From assembly GCA_035602295.1 (NCBI GenBank), contig DATNMN010000273.1:1-55991 (forward strand): a stretch of DNA of 55,991 bases, in the 5' to 3' direction. This DNA comes from Candidatus Dormiibacterota bacterium (GTDB lineage: Bacteria; Chloroflexota; Dormibacteria; CF-121). Below the pieces are notes generated by a model that was given only the letters and a program-made list of their open reading frames with translations, was not told where the DNA came from and made no database searches. How positions within the stretch are numbered: position 1 is the stretch's first letter; each line of letters begins with the position of its first letter. Both the position numbers and the translations under genes were made by a program. Below are positions 26,686-35,187 of the stretch, piece after piece.

Positions 26686-28264
26686 TCCCTTTCAGCCCGT
26701 ACTCGTACATCAGTGGCAGCTTGCGTCGCAACGTGTCCGTGCTCTGGACCCACAGCTCGTGGTGCACGCCGTAGGCGGTATAGGCGAAATGCAATTCTTC
26801 TTCGGTCGTGTCGAGTGCCGGCGTGGTCCCGTGACTCTGGGCGAGGATCATCGCATCCGAGTACGAGCTCGACGTCAGCCTGCCGACTCCCGTCCAGTCG
26901 TGGTAGTAGGTGGGTAGGCCGAGGGTTGCCTTTTCGGGTGGGACGCCCTGCATCGAAAACTCGAGTGCGCGGCGCATCCACGGTGTGCCGGAGACCGGGC
27001 CAGGAGGCGTCACGCCGTTGTGCTCGTCGTAGGTCATGAAGGAGAGGAAGTCGGCGGCCTTGGCCAGCGCGGCGAAGTCATACGCGCCCGACCATTGATG
27101 GAAGTAGTCGAGCAGCGTCCCGCTGGCCGCGGCATCGCCGGGCAGGCGCGGAATGACGGCGATTGACAGGTTGAGGCCGGCGGCATGAAAGGCCGCGGCG
27201 CAGTCCTGCACTAGTGCCGTCAGCAGGTCCCGATCGGTCCACGGGATTTGCTCGAAATCCAGCTGGAAGCCGGCGTAACCATAGGTCTTCGCCTCATTGA
27301 CCAGGTTGCCCGCGAGCGCGGCACGCCGAGCGGGATCGCTGAGGATTGCATGGCCAACATCCGGATCGACATCCTTGTTGACAACCAGCGGAATAATGGC
27401 GATGCCATTGGCGTGAGCCGCATCGATTACGTCGCGCCGCGCGTAGCCCTTGATCGTGCCATCGGCGTTGGCGTCGTACCAGGCGGGACTGAGCACATCG
27501 ATTTGCTTCAAGTGCGCAAACAGCGACGCGCGGCCGTCATCGGTGTTGACGTAATACATCTGGACCATCCGGCCCGGCTCGACCTGGGTCAGGGTCGACG
27601 GGATCGTCAGGCCGGCGCTCTGGGATTCCCGGCTAAACGTGCCGTCGCGGGCCTGGATACCGGCGTCGACCACCGCTGTTGCCTGATCGGCGAGGCGAAA
27701 CCCGGTCGAGATCACGTCGACGGTCTGGGCGTCCTGCCAGGTAAAGGTGGGATTTCCGCTCACAACCAGGTGATCCTGCGCCTGCGTCTTGTCCGCCACC
27801 GGCCGCGAAAAGCGGATGGTCGTCGCCACGATGGGCTGCGCGCCGGCCTGCAGGTGATAGAGATGCATGTTGATCGCCGCCGTCAGCGGGGGAACGATCT
27901 TGAAAGCCGTGCGGATCTGCATGGCGCCCGCCGCCAGCTGCACCGTGTGGCGGCTGCTCAGCGGCATCGGCCCCGGGAGAGCAACCCGCAGCACCGCCCC
28001 GGTCGAGGCGGCAGAGACGTTGACCGGTCGGCCGTCCATGACCACTCGCCAGTCGCCCGGCTTGATCGCGCGGCTCACCCTGACGACCAGCTGAGGACGC
28101 GGCGACACTTCCGGCAGGGGGCTCGAAAGCAGTGAAGCTCCATCGAGGTCCATGGCGTCCACATTGACGACCGGCATCGGGTCCAATGCCGTCACGACCA
28201 GGCCACCCATGAGGAGCACCCCGGTCATCAGCGCGCCGGTGCCCAGGACGAGCGGAAGGCGCAT
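26621..28264 (-). CDS. secreted glycoside hydrolase family 18-like protein (YaaH/YdhD-like) with N-terminal Ig-like region
   Basis: Contains a TM/signal segment and GYAGFQLDFEQI (the D-x-E catalytic box of GH18), plus SFMTYDEH. Start set to ATG 28264 (MRLPLVLGTGALMTG). Confidence 0.75.
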   Translation of the reverse strand: MRLPLVLGTGALMTGVLLMGGLVVTALDPMPVVNVDAMDLDGASLLSSPLPEVSPRPQLVVRVSRAIKPGDWRVVMDGRPVNVSAASTGAVLRVALPGPMPLSSRHTVQLAAGAMQIRTAFKIVPPLTAAINMHLYHLQAGAQPIVATTIRFSRPVADKTQAQDHLVVSGNPTFTWQDAQTVDVISTGFRLADQATAVVDAGIQARDGTFSRESQSAGLTIPSTLTQVEPGRMVQMYYVNTDDGRASLFAHLKQIDVLSPAWYDANADGTIKGYARRDVIDAAHANGIAIIPLVVNKDVDPDVGHAILSDPARRAALAGNLVNEAKTYGYAGFQLDFEQIPWTDRDLLTALVQDCAAAFHAAGLNLSIAVIPRLPGDAAASGTLLDYFHQWSGAYDFAALAKAADFLSFMTYDEHNGVTPPGPVSGTPWMRRALEFSMQGVPPEKATLGLPTYYHDWTGVGRLTSSSYSDAMILAQSHGTTPALDTTEEELHFAYTAYGVHHELWVQSTDTLRRKLPLMYEYGLKGISVWRLGFEDPSFWNLIPPRH

Positions 28265-28409
28265 GCCCGGGCGAGTATCGCTGCCAGGTGCATGGCACCG
28301 CAAACGATCGAAGTGGCACCAACTCAGCCCCAGCCGTTAGCGCCTTACCCCGAGTTGGCGCTATCAGCTTTGCTGGTTTGCAGCGTACGATTCCGGGTAG
28401 GAAAAAATC

Positions 28410-28730
28410 GTGGATCTTCTGGATATTCTTCGTCGCCAGGCGGGCCGTTTTCAGTGTCCCAAGTGTGGGGAAAGTCTGGCCGACTGCCAGCTCGAGATGG
28501 TCGCACATGCCGATGAGCAGTCGCTGGTCAAAGTGACCTGCGGGCACTGCCAGGACACACGGATGATCGCGGTCGCCATCGCTGCCGACACCGAAGCGCA
28601 GGTACCCGTTATCGAGGTTCGCGACCAGCCGATCGCTGAGCTCGGCGGCCCGATCACGAGCGATGACGTGCTCGACGCCCGGTTGGCGCTCGCCGGCTTC
28701 GATGGTGACCTCGCCAGTCTGCTTCGCTAG
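28410..28730 (+). CDS. zinc-ribbon hypothetical protein
   Basis: CPKCG ... CGHC in the first 50 aa. GTG start. Confidence 0.45.
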   Translation: MDLLDILRRQAGRFQCPKCGESLADCQLEMVAHADEQSLVKVTCGHCQDTRMIAVAIAADTEAQVPVIEVRDQPIAELGGPITSDDVLDARLALAGFDGDLASLLR

Positions 28731-28814
28731 GCGCGACTGTCACCAGCCGGTAACAATCCACAGCAAACAGCCTCGGCGCTGGACATGCCCCAACCTCGAC
28801 CGTAAGATGGCGCC

Positions 28815-29435
28815 GTGATGACGGGATGGCGCCGTGCCGCGGCGGCAGGCCTGCTGGCGCTCACGGCGTGGTCGCTGGGAGGGCTCTGGGCCCTAGCTGG
28901 GCCGCCTGTGCCGACCATGAGCCAGCGATCGCTGCCATGGGCACGCCAGGCGCTTGGCAGCGATCGCGTGGATACGATCGGCTCGTCCGGCTGCGCCTTG
29001 ACCGCGGTCACCATGGTGGCGTCCGCCTACGGCTACCCGACAAACCCCGCGCAGCTGAATCAGTGGCTCACCGCTCACGGCGGCTACATCGAGAACGACC
29101 TGCTGCTCTGGCGCCAGGCAACTGCCGTCACACAGGGTTCGGTCCGCTGGCAGTGGCTCCACGTCCCCGGGATGGTGTCACAGCTGCGCACTGACGATCA
29201 GGACATCGAGGATCTGCCACCGCAGTCCCTGGTGGAGGCTCAGCTCGACGCGGGACGTCTCGTGGTCGCTGAGGTTCGACTCTACGGTGGCATGCACTTC
29301 GTCGTGATCACCGGCCACCGCGGCGACATCCTCTATATCAATGATCCGTGGTTCGGGGATCGGACCACCCTGCAAGCCCGCTACGGCGGTTACCGCCAAG
29401 CGGTGCACTCGGCGCAGGTCTACTACCGGAACTAA
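28815..29435 (+). CDS. secreted papain-fold cysteine peptidase-like protein (peptidase C39-like domain)
   Basis: Signal-like N-terminus. GSSGCALTAVTMVASAYGY carries the catalytic Cys context and GGMHFVVITGH..LYINDPW the His context. Confidence 0.6.
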   Translation: MMTGWRRAAAAGLLALTAWSLGGLWALAGPPVPTMSQRSLPWARQALGSDRVDTIGSSGCALTAVTMVASAYGYPTNPAQLNQWLTAHGGYIENDLLLWRQATAVTQGSVRWQWLHVPGMVSQLRTDDQDIEDLPPQSLVEAQLDAGRLVVAEVRLYGGMHFVVITGHRGDILYINDPWFGDRTTLQARYGGYRQAVHSAQVYYRN

Positions 29436-29447
29436 CGGCCGCGTCCG

Positions 29448-29939
29448 TCAGGCCGCGGCGGCGAGCTCGTCGTCGTACTCGGCCGGACCCCACTGACGAG
29501 TCCGCTGCGCGACGGCGGCACACAGGTTCTCGAAGGTGTCCTGCCGAAACAGGGAGCGGTTGAGTTTCAGCACCTGGCCGGCGGCCGCGATTTCGAGATG
29601 GCCGCCCTCGCGGGTAATGACCTGGTTCATCCCGTGGACCCGGTCCCAGGGGACCAGGCGCGGCTGACGATTGAACCAGGCATGCCCGACCGGCCGGAGC
29701 GCGATGCCCTCGCGGGTGATGGTCACCTCGATCCACTCGATGAAGAAGCTGTGAAAGAGGAGCCCGACGCTGAACGCAAGGCCACAGCCCATCGCGATCG
29801 CGAGCGCCGCGAAGGAGCTGCTGTGCGTCTGCGAGATCTCGATGACGGCCAGGACGAAGCCGAGCGCGCACGCCGTGATCGGCACGCCAGGCCAGAGGAT
29901 TACCAGCCGGTTCAGTGGGCTATCCGGCCGAAAGCTCAT
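29448..29939 (-). CDS. membrane protein, hypothetical (two TM segments + soluble PH-like C-terminus)
   Basis: Start moved to ATG 29939 (MSFRPDSPLN). The upstream part of track ORF 29448..30089 lies over a non-coding repeat tract. Confidence 0.5.
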   Translation of the reverse strand: MSFRPDSPLNRLVILWPGVPITACALGFVLAVIEISQTHSSSFAALAIAMGCGLAFSVGLLFHSFFIEWIEVTITREGIALRPVGHAWFNRQPRLVPWDRVHGMNQVITREGGHLEIAAAGQVLKLNRSLFRQDTFENLCAAVAQRTRQWGPAEYDDELAAAA

Positions 29940-30034
29940 ACGTGTTGCTAACGGTATCGGCGCAGATCGAAGCCAACATTTCGGCAACCGATTCGCCGCT
30001 GAGCTGTTGCGCTCGCGTAACGCGGGCCCGCCGG

Positions 30035-30134
30035 CCCACGCGAGCGGCGCTCGGGGCGTCGCCCCACGCGAGCGGCGCTTTAGTGCCAAACGAGCGTTTG
30101 AGACGTTAGTGCCAGGCGAGCGTTTGAGGCGAGT
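30035..30134. repeat. degenerate tandem repeat tract (units of 26-28 bp)
   Basis: CCCACGCGAGCGGCGCT occurs at 30035-30051 and 30063-30079. TTAGTGCCA(AA/GG)CGAGCGTTTGAG(A/G)CG occurs at 30080-30105 and 30106-30131. All units share CGAGCG. Confidence 0.8.
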
Positions 30135-30482
30135 TTAGACGTCTAGTTCTTTGACGTCGAGGTCGCGCAGCTCGGGTGGCGCCTGCAGGCCGTTATCGAC
30201 CAGGATGCGCAACAGCCGGAGGACGTAACGCGCGCCGTTTAGGTTGACGCCGTGCTGGCGCGTCAGCGTCTGGATCGCCTGGAGCTTCCGGATGTCCCGT
30301 TGCGAGAAGCGCCGACGGTTCGTCGACGTGCGCTTGGGGACCACCAGGCCAAGATGCTCGTACATCATCAGGGTTCGGGGGTGCGTCTGGAGGATCTCGG
30401 ACGCCACGCTGATGGTGTAGATGGGCTTGTCGAGGGAGAGACTCGTATCCGGCGGTGCCCGGCGCGTTACTCCTTTAGCCAA
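30135..30482 (-). CDS. MerR-family regulator, HspR-like (paralog 1)
   Basis: LDKPIYTISVASEILQTHPRTLMMYEHLGLVVPKRTSTNRRRFSQRDIRKLQAIQTLTRQHGVNLNGARYVLRLL resembles HspR (YTISVAAE..HPQTLR.Y.RLGLV.P.RT..G.RRYS.RDI..L..VQ.L....G.NLAG). TTG start lies inside the 3' end of the upstream RR gene. Confidence 0.85.
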   Translation of the reverse strand: MAKGVTRRAPPDTSLSLDKPIYTISVASEILQTHPRTLMMYEHLGLVVPKRTSTNRRRFSQRDIRKLQAIQTLTRQHGVNLNGARYVLRLLRILVDNGLQAPPELRDLDVKELDV

Positions 30483-30895
30483 TCCTCGATACCTTCCGAG
30501 AGGCTGGTCGGCGTGGTGCGGGCCTTGATGAGGTACTCATGCGCCCCGAGGCGCAGCCCTCGCGCGACCAGATCCTCTTCATCGTAGTTAGAGAGGATGA
30601 TAACCGGAATATCGCGGGTCTTCTCCTGCGCGCGCAATTTCCTCAAGACTTCCAGCCCGTCCATTTTCGGCAGGCGGATATCGAGAAAGATGATGTCGGG
30701 AGCGAGGTCGCCGGCCTTCTTGAGGCCCTCTTCACCGTCGAGGGCGGTGTTGACCCGGTAGCCGTCGAGTTCCAGCTTCAATCGGTACATCTCGAGCACC
30801 GATGGATCGTCTTCCACGAGGAGGACATCGACCAGGTCTTCGTCGGCCTGGGTTGCGCGGTTCGCGCCGGCGCTTCGCCGCGTCTTACTTTCCAT
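30467..30895 (-). CDS. single-domain (REC-only) response regulator
   Basis: Contains VLLVEDDP, IIFLDIRLPKMDG, VIILSN and EYLIKA. No output domain. 16-nt overlap with the downstream MerR gene. Confidence 0.88.
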   Translation of the reverse strand: MESKTRRSAGANRATQADEDLVDVLLVEDDPSVLEMYRLKLELDGYRVNTALDGEEGLKKAGDLAPDIIFLDIRLPKMDGLEVLRKLRAQEKTRDIPVIILSNYDEEDLVARGLRLGAHEYLIKARTTPTSLSEGIEDWLKE

Positions 30896-31010
30896 AACAC
30901 TCCTCTTGGCGCGAAAGAGTATAGACGAACGCCGTGAATCGCGCGGGCCTTATGGATAGCAAAACGGCGTAGTCACCTCGAGGCATACGCGGGTCCCTCC
31001 GAACGGCCCC

Positions 31011-31041
31011 AGAAAAGTTAAGGCCCTCCGAAGGGAGGGCC
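31011..31041 (-). terminator. candidate rho-independent terminator
   Basis: GGCCCTCC-gaag-GGAGGGCC (31022-31041). On the minus strand it is followed by TTAACTTTTCT. It lies about 190 nt downstream of the MerR paralog-2 stop. Confidence 0.45.
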
Positions 31042-31231
31042 CGAAGAGGGGGGCAAGAGAACTACCTGAAATTATAGGCAAGCCCTGGAGCCATGTCAAC
31101 ATGGACGCCATCAGAAAGTATCCTGCGGCGACTGTCGGCAAAGCTCTCGGCGCGCGCATAACAATGCGCGAAAACTGCGCAGGCCAAATCGCACGGTTAC
31201 AGGCGGTCGCCGCGCAAATGACGCGCTGTGT

Positions 31232-31579
31232 TCAGACGTCCAGTTGCGAGACGTCGATATCGCGGAGCTCAACTGGCGACGGCAACTGGTGCTCATGCAA
31301 CAGCTTGAGGAGTTTGAGGATGTAGCGGACGCCGGCCAGGTTGACCGAGTGCTGCCGGGTCAGCTTTTGAATGGTTTGAAGCTTCATGACGTCGCGCTGC
31401 GAGAAGCGGCGCCGGTTGGTCGAGGTCCGCTTCGGCACGACCAGCCCAAGGTGCTCGTACATCATCAGCGTCCGCGGATGGGTCTCCAGAATCTCAGACG
31501 CCACGCTGATCGTGTAAATCGGTTTGTCGAGGGAGATGTTCGTGTCGCGTCGGGTGTCACGCTTGACGGCGATAGCCAT
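31232..31579 (-). CDS. MerR-family regulator, HspR-like (paralog 2)
   Basis: Start set to ATG 31579 (MAIAVKRDTRRD), preceded by a GGAGGG RBS. The 47-aa stretch LDKPIYTISVASEIL.THPRTLMMYEHLGLVVPKRTSTNRRRFSQRD differs from paralog 1 at one position. Confidence 0.85.
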   Translation of the reverse strand: MAIAVKRDTRRDTNISLDKPIYTISVASEILETHPRTLMMYEHLGLVVPKRTSTNRRRFSQRDVMKLQTIQKLTRQHSVNLAGVRYILKLLKLLHEHQLPSPVELRDIDVSQLDV

Positions 31580-31755
31580 GCGGCCCTCCAAAAATTGTTT
31601 ACCTGTTCCCGATTCCCGATCCACGACCGTGACGCCTACCGCCTGAGATCGCGTCGAGCGAAGCGATGGTCAGTATAGGCGGCAACGTGAGGGGGCTCAA
31701 GGGAGGATTCGTAAATACATGTGAACTCAAATAAACCCCCAGCCCTGGCATCAAA

Positions 31756-31814
31756 TTGTAGCCAGACTCTTACTGGTGCGCTATAATACTTCGTAACAGG
31801 CGCGATATCGCGCC
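31756..31814 (+). promoter_or_regulatory. candidate csbD promoter (TTGTAG-20 nt-TATAAT) plus perfect 16-bp palindrome in the leader
   Basis: TTGTAG at 31756-31761, TATAAT at 31782-31787, GGCGCGATATCGCGCC at 31799-31814, then a GGAGG RBS and ATG 31837. Confidence 0.45.
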
Positions 31815-31836
31815 AAACCTTTACCGGAGGTGCCAC

Positions 31837-32025
31837 ATGGGCGAGTTGTTGGACAAAGTCGAAGGCGAGGCCAAGGATGCCGGCGGCAAGGTGACCGGTG
31901 ACAAGAAGATGGAGTGGGAAGGCAAAGGCCAGAAGGCGAAGGGCGATCTCGAAGGCGCCACCCGCAAGATGCGGGACGGTGAGCCACTCGAGGGCGAACC
32001 GACCGAAGGCAACAAGAACCTCTAG
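31837..32025 (+). CDS. csbD: CsbD-family general stress protein
   Basis: 62 aa. GELLDKVEGEAKDAGGKVTGDKKMEWEGKGQKAKGDLEG is typical of CsbD. Confidence 0.85.
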   Translation: MGELLDKVEGEAKDAGGKVTGDKKMEWEGKGQKAKGDLEGATRKMRDGEPLEGEPTEGNKNL

Positions 32026-32040
32026 TTCGGGAGAGCGCGG

Positions 32041-32074
32041 AGCCGGCCTGACATCAGGCCGGCTTTCCTATTTT
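32041..32074 (+). terminator. rho-independent terminator of csbD
   Basis: AGCCGGCCTG-acat-CAGGCCGGCT (10-bp stem) followed by TTTCCTATTTT. Confidence 0.75.
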
Positions 32075-32592
32075 GGCGTCGCGGGCGGCGAGGATTCGGC
32101 GTTGGCGACTTCGGCGGGGACGCCGGCTGCTGGCACGGCGGGCCGTCGACCCGCGTGGGTACGACCGCCCGTCGGGGTCGGCGTTGGAGCGCCTCCGCGG
32201 ACCCGGATGTGGCTTAGCGTCGACTCCCGGAGAATGAGGAAGAGGAGCAGGGCGACTGACCCCAGGAGAAAGTTCGTGCCAAGCCAGCTGTAGGCCAGGA
32301 AGAAACCCAGGACAAACCCGATCAGGGCCATCAGGAAGGCGGCAATCGTCCCGATGTGCATGAACTCGTCCTGCAGGTGGTGGCGCGGAAAGAGCTGGCG
32401 CAGCCAGTTCTCAAGCCCGACGCCGCTCGGGCCAGTCGAGCCAGCATGCGAGGAAGTGGACGCGGAGCCGGCTACGGGGTCGGCCTGGGACTTGCCGCAG
32501 AAGCGGCAAAAACGGGCATCCGCCTCGATCGGCCTGCCGCACTCGCGACAGAATACGGTTCCGGCTTTTGGAGTGGCTTCCGAAGGCGACAA
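32068..32592 (-). CDS. zinc-ribbon membrane protein, hypothetical
   Basis: CRECGRPIEADARFCRFCG at the N-terminus and two TM segments in the C-terminal half. Confidence 0.6.
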   Translation of the reverse strand: MSPSEATPKAGTVFCRECGRPIEADARFCRFCGKSQADPVAGSASTSSHAGSTGPSGVGLENWLRQLFPRHHLQDEFMHIGTIAAFLMALIGFVLGFFLAYSWLGTNFLLGSVALLLFLILRESTLSHIRVRGGAPTPTPTGGRTHAGRRPAVPAAGVPAEVANAESSPPATPK

Positions 32593-32908
32593 GGCGGCCC
32601 CATTATAGGGCCGCGATCAGTCGGATCCGCCCATTCACGACCGGCGTAACCATCTGCCCCAGGCTCCCGTTGGACGGTAGACGATGGCAATGCGTACTCG
32701 ACTCTCCCATGCGAATCGCACTTACGTTATACTAGCTCCATCAGCTTTTTCGCCATCCACAGGGTAGGATTTAGGGGCCTGAATTGATAAGTATCCGGCA
32801 CGCGACTCACCCAATAACTGCTAGCGGCCTCTCGTCGCTCGACGCTCGTCGGCGCCAGATCCGGCGGCTGCGCCGGTCACCTCTTCGCACCATCGTCAGC
32901 GGAGCAGG

Positions 32909-35170
32909 GTGGGGAGCCGTTATCCTCGTCTCTCTGTGGCTCCTCCTTTCAGGGATCTTCGGGTTTCTGAGCGCCTAAGCCTCGCCACGCGCCGACGGAG
33001 TCAGCGCAACGTCGAGCGCTGGCGCCGGCGTAGCCGTGCGGACTTTCGCCGGGTCCTGATCCTCGGCCTGCTGGTCGTCTTCGTGCTGCCCCTGCTCGGC
33101 ATCCCGGCGATCACGGCGCAGGCCGTGGGTACCCTGCCGGCCGTCAGCGGGCTGGCCTCCAACAAGATGGAGCAAGACACCCTGATCTACGACCGTCATG
33201 GCACATTGCTCGCGGACATCGGCAAAGCCGGTGACCATCGCATCGTCGTGCCGCTTAATTACATCTCGCCCTGGGTGGTGAAGGCGACCCTCGCCACCGA
33301 GGACCGCACGTTTTACTCGAACAGTGGCATCGACCTCGGCGGCATCGTTCGCGCCGCCATCGCGAACTATCAGCACCACGCGGTCAAGCAGGGTGGCAGC
33401 ACCATCAGTCAGCAGCTGGTGAAGCAGGTCTACATCGGTTCGAATGCCCCAGCGGACATCCAACGCAAGCTCAAAGAAGCCATCCTTGCCATCGAGCTGA
33501 ACCGTGAGTACAGCAAAAACCAGATCCTCGAGATGTACCTCAACACCATCTTCTATGGCAGTCAGACGTACGGCATCGAGGCAGCGGCCCGCAGCTACTT
33601 CCAGACCAACGCCCACGACCTTTCCCTGGCGCAGGCCGCCATGCTCGCCGGGCTGCCGCAGGCGCCGACGCAATACAACCCGGTGGTGAACCTGCAGTCC
33701 GCAAAGCAGCGGCAGGCGCAGGTGCTCGCCGCGATGGTGGGCGAGAAATACATCACCGCGGCGCAGGCCGAGGCGGCCTATGCCGTCAAGCTGCAGATCT
33801 CTCCACCAATCACCAAGTTCGAGGCGCCCTACTTCGTCGACTACGTCTTGAAGACGCTCGCCAAAGCCCCCTACAACATCACGTCTGACAATCGCAAGGG
33901 CTACCGGGTCTACACCAGCCTCGACCTGAACCTGCAACATCTCGCGGAGCAGACCGTCTATGACCAGGTGGCCCAGAAGGGCAACTTCTATAACTTCCAC
34001 GACGCCGCGCTGGTGAGCATGGACCCGAGGACCGGCGAGGTGCTAGCCATGGTTGGCGGCGTCGACTACAACCGTCCCGGCGGTCAGTTCAACTTCGCCT
34101 ACGACCAGCCGCGACCGCCGGGCTCGAGCTTCAAGATCTTCACCTACACCGCTGCCATCGAAAGCCGCAAGGTGAACATGGTCAGTCCGATCCTGGACGA
34201 GCCGCTGGTCTTTCCCATCGGCGGCGACCCGGCCGGTTTCGGCAAGTACATTCCACAAAACTACGATCGCCGCTTTCACGGCACCCTGCCGCTGAAGATG
34301 GCGATGGGCAACTCGATGAACATCCCGGCGCTGAAGACCGAGCTGCGCACCGGCATCCCGGCGGTAGTCGATATGGCGCACCGCATGGGCTTGACCTGCT
34401 TGGGTCCGCTCCCCTGCGTCGATCAGAGCCCGGACAACTACGGGATGAGCCTGACGCTGGGCGCGTACCCGGTGCGGCTCGCCGACATGGCGACGGCGGC
34501 CTCGACGTTGGCGACGCTCGGGGTCCGTCATCGCGAGGCGCCAATTCTCAACATCAAAGACGGCCTGGGTCGCGACGTCTTCACCTACGACGCGAAGAAG
34601 AATGAGTTCCGCGCCGTCGACGAGAACGTCGCTTTCATCATCGCCCAGATCATGTCGGACGACCGCAACCGCTGCCTGGAATTCGGCTGCCACGGCGACC
34701 TCACGCTGCCCGGCCGGACGGTCGCCGCGAAGACCGGCACCACCAACGACTTCAAGGACAACTGGACGATCGGCTTCACGCCGAGCCTGGCGACGGCGGT
34801 GTGGGTCGGCAACCCGGACAACAAGCCGCTCAGCCACAACTCGACGGGCATCGTCGGCGCTGCGCCCATCTGGCACAAGTTCATGATGCAAGCGCTTGCC
34901 GGGAAGCCCGACGAGTGGTACCCGGTGCCGGCCAGCGTTCACGCTTTGGGCGCGAATTACTTCTTGCCCGGTACTGAGAGCCTGCCGGCCACGCTCGCGC
35001 AGCCCTGGCCGCAGTGCAAGCTGCCGGCGAACTACAACCCCTACACCCTGACCTATTCGCAAATCACGGTCAACGGTGTCTACTGCATCATCAACCCGCC
35101 GCCACCACCACCCGCGCCGCCACCCACGCCGTCGCCCTCACCGACTCCCAACAACCAGGGAAACAACTAA
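32909..35170 (+). CDS. class A penicillin-binding protein (GT51 transglycosylase + transpeptidase)
   Basis: GT51 motifs EDRTFYSNSGID, GGSTISQQLVK and RKLKEAILAIELN. Transpeptidase motifs SSFK, a SxN region and KTGTT. Pro-rich tail. Start uncertain. Confidence 0.9.
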   Translation: MGSRYPRLSVAPPFRDLRVSERLSLATRRRSQRNVERWRRRSRADFRRVLILGLLVVFVLPLLGIPAITAQAVGTLPAVSGLASNKMEQDTLIYDRHGTLLADIGKAGDHRIVVPLNYISPWVVKATLATEDRTFYSNSGIDLGGIVRAAIANYQHHAVKQGGSTISQQLVKQVYIGSNAPADIQRKLKEAILAIELNREYSKNQILEMYLNTIFYGSQTYGIEAAARSYFQTNAHDLSLAQAAMLAGLPQAPTQYNPVVNLQSAKQRQAQVLAAMVGEKYITAAQAEAAYAVKLQISPPITKFEAPYFVDYVLKTLAKAPYNITSDNRKGYRVYTSLDLNLQHLAEQTVYDQVAQKGNFYNFHDAALVSMDPRTGEVLAMVGGVDYNRPGGQFNFAYDQPRPPGSSFKIFTYTAAIESRKVNMVSPILDEPLVFPIGGDPAGFGKYIPQNYDRRFHGTLPLKMAMGNSMNIPALKTELRTGIPAVVDMAHRMGLTCLGPLPCVDQSPDNYGMSLTLGAYPVRLADMATAASTLATLGVRHREAPILNIKDGLGRDVFTYDAKKNEFRAVDENVAFIIAQIMSDDRNRCLEFGCHGDLTLPGRTVAAKTGTTNDFKDNWTIGFTPSLATAVWVGNPDNKPLSHNSTGIVGAAPIWHKFMMQALAGKPDEWYPVPASVHALGANYFLPGTESLPATLAQPWPQCKLPANYNPYTLTYSQITVNGVYCIINPPPPPPAPPPTPSPSPTPNNQGNN

Positions 35171-35187
35171 AAGAACGCGGGTCTGAG

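Noticed and set aside
28338-28363. Inverted repeat TAGCGCC-N12-GGCGCTA upstream of the zinc-ribbon gene, noted because it shares the 7-bp stem / 12-nt loop geometry.
   Set aside because: The loop sequence (TTACCCCGAGTT) is unrelated to CCGGYGTGGAAA. This is a single occurrence with no basis for assigning a function.
30950-31159. 69-aa minus-strand ORF in the gap between MerR paralog 2 and the REC gene.
   Set aside because: It runs through the strong GGCCCTCC/GGAGGGCC hairpin and into the probable REC promoter region, and it has no RBS.
32784-32978. 64-aa ORF (basic tail + TM) overlapping the 5' end of the PBP gene in another frame. Considered as the true PBP N-terminus split by a frameshift.
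   Set aside because: The PBP frame already encodes its own basic tail and TM anchor (RRVLILGLLVVFVLPLLGIPAI) downstream, so no frameshift is needed. The small ORF has a TTG start and no RBS.
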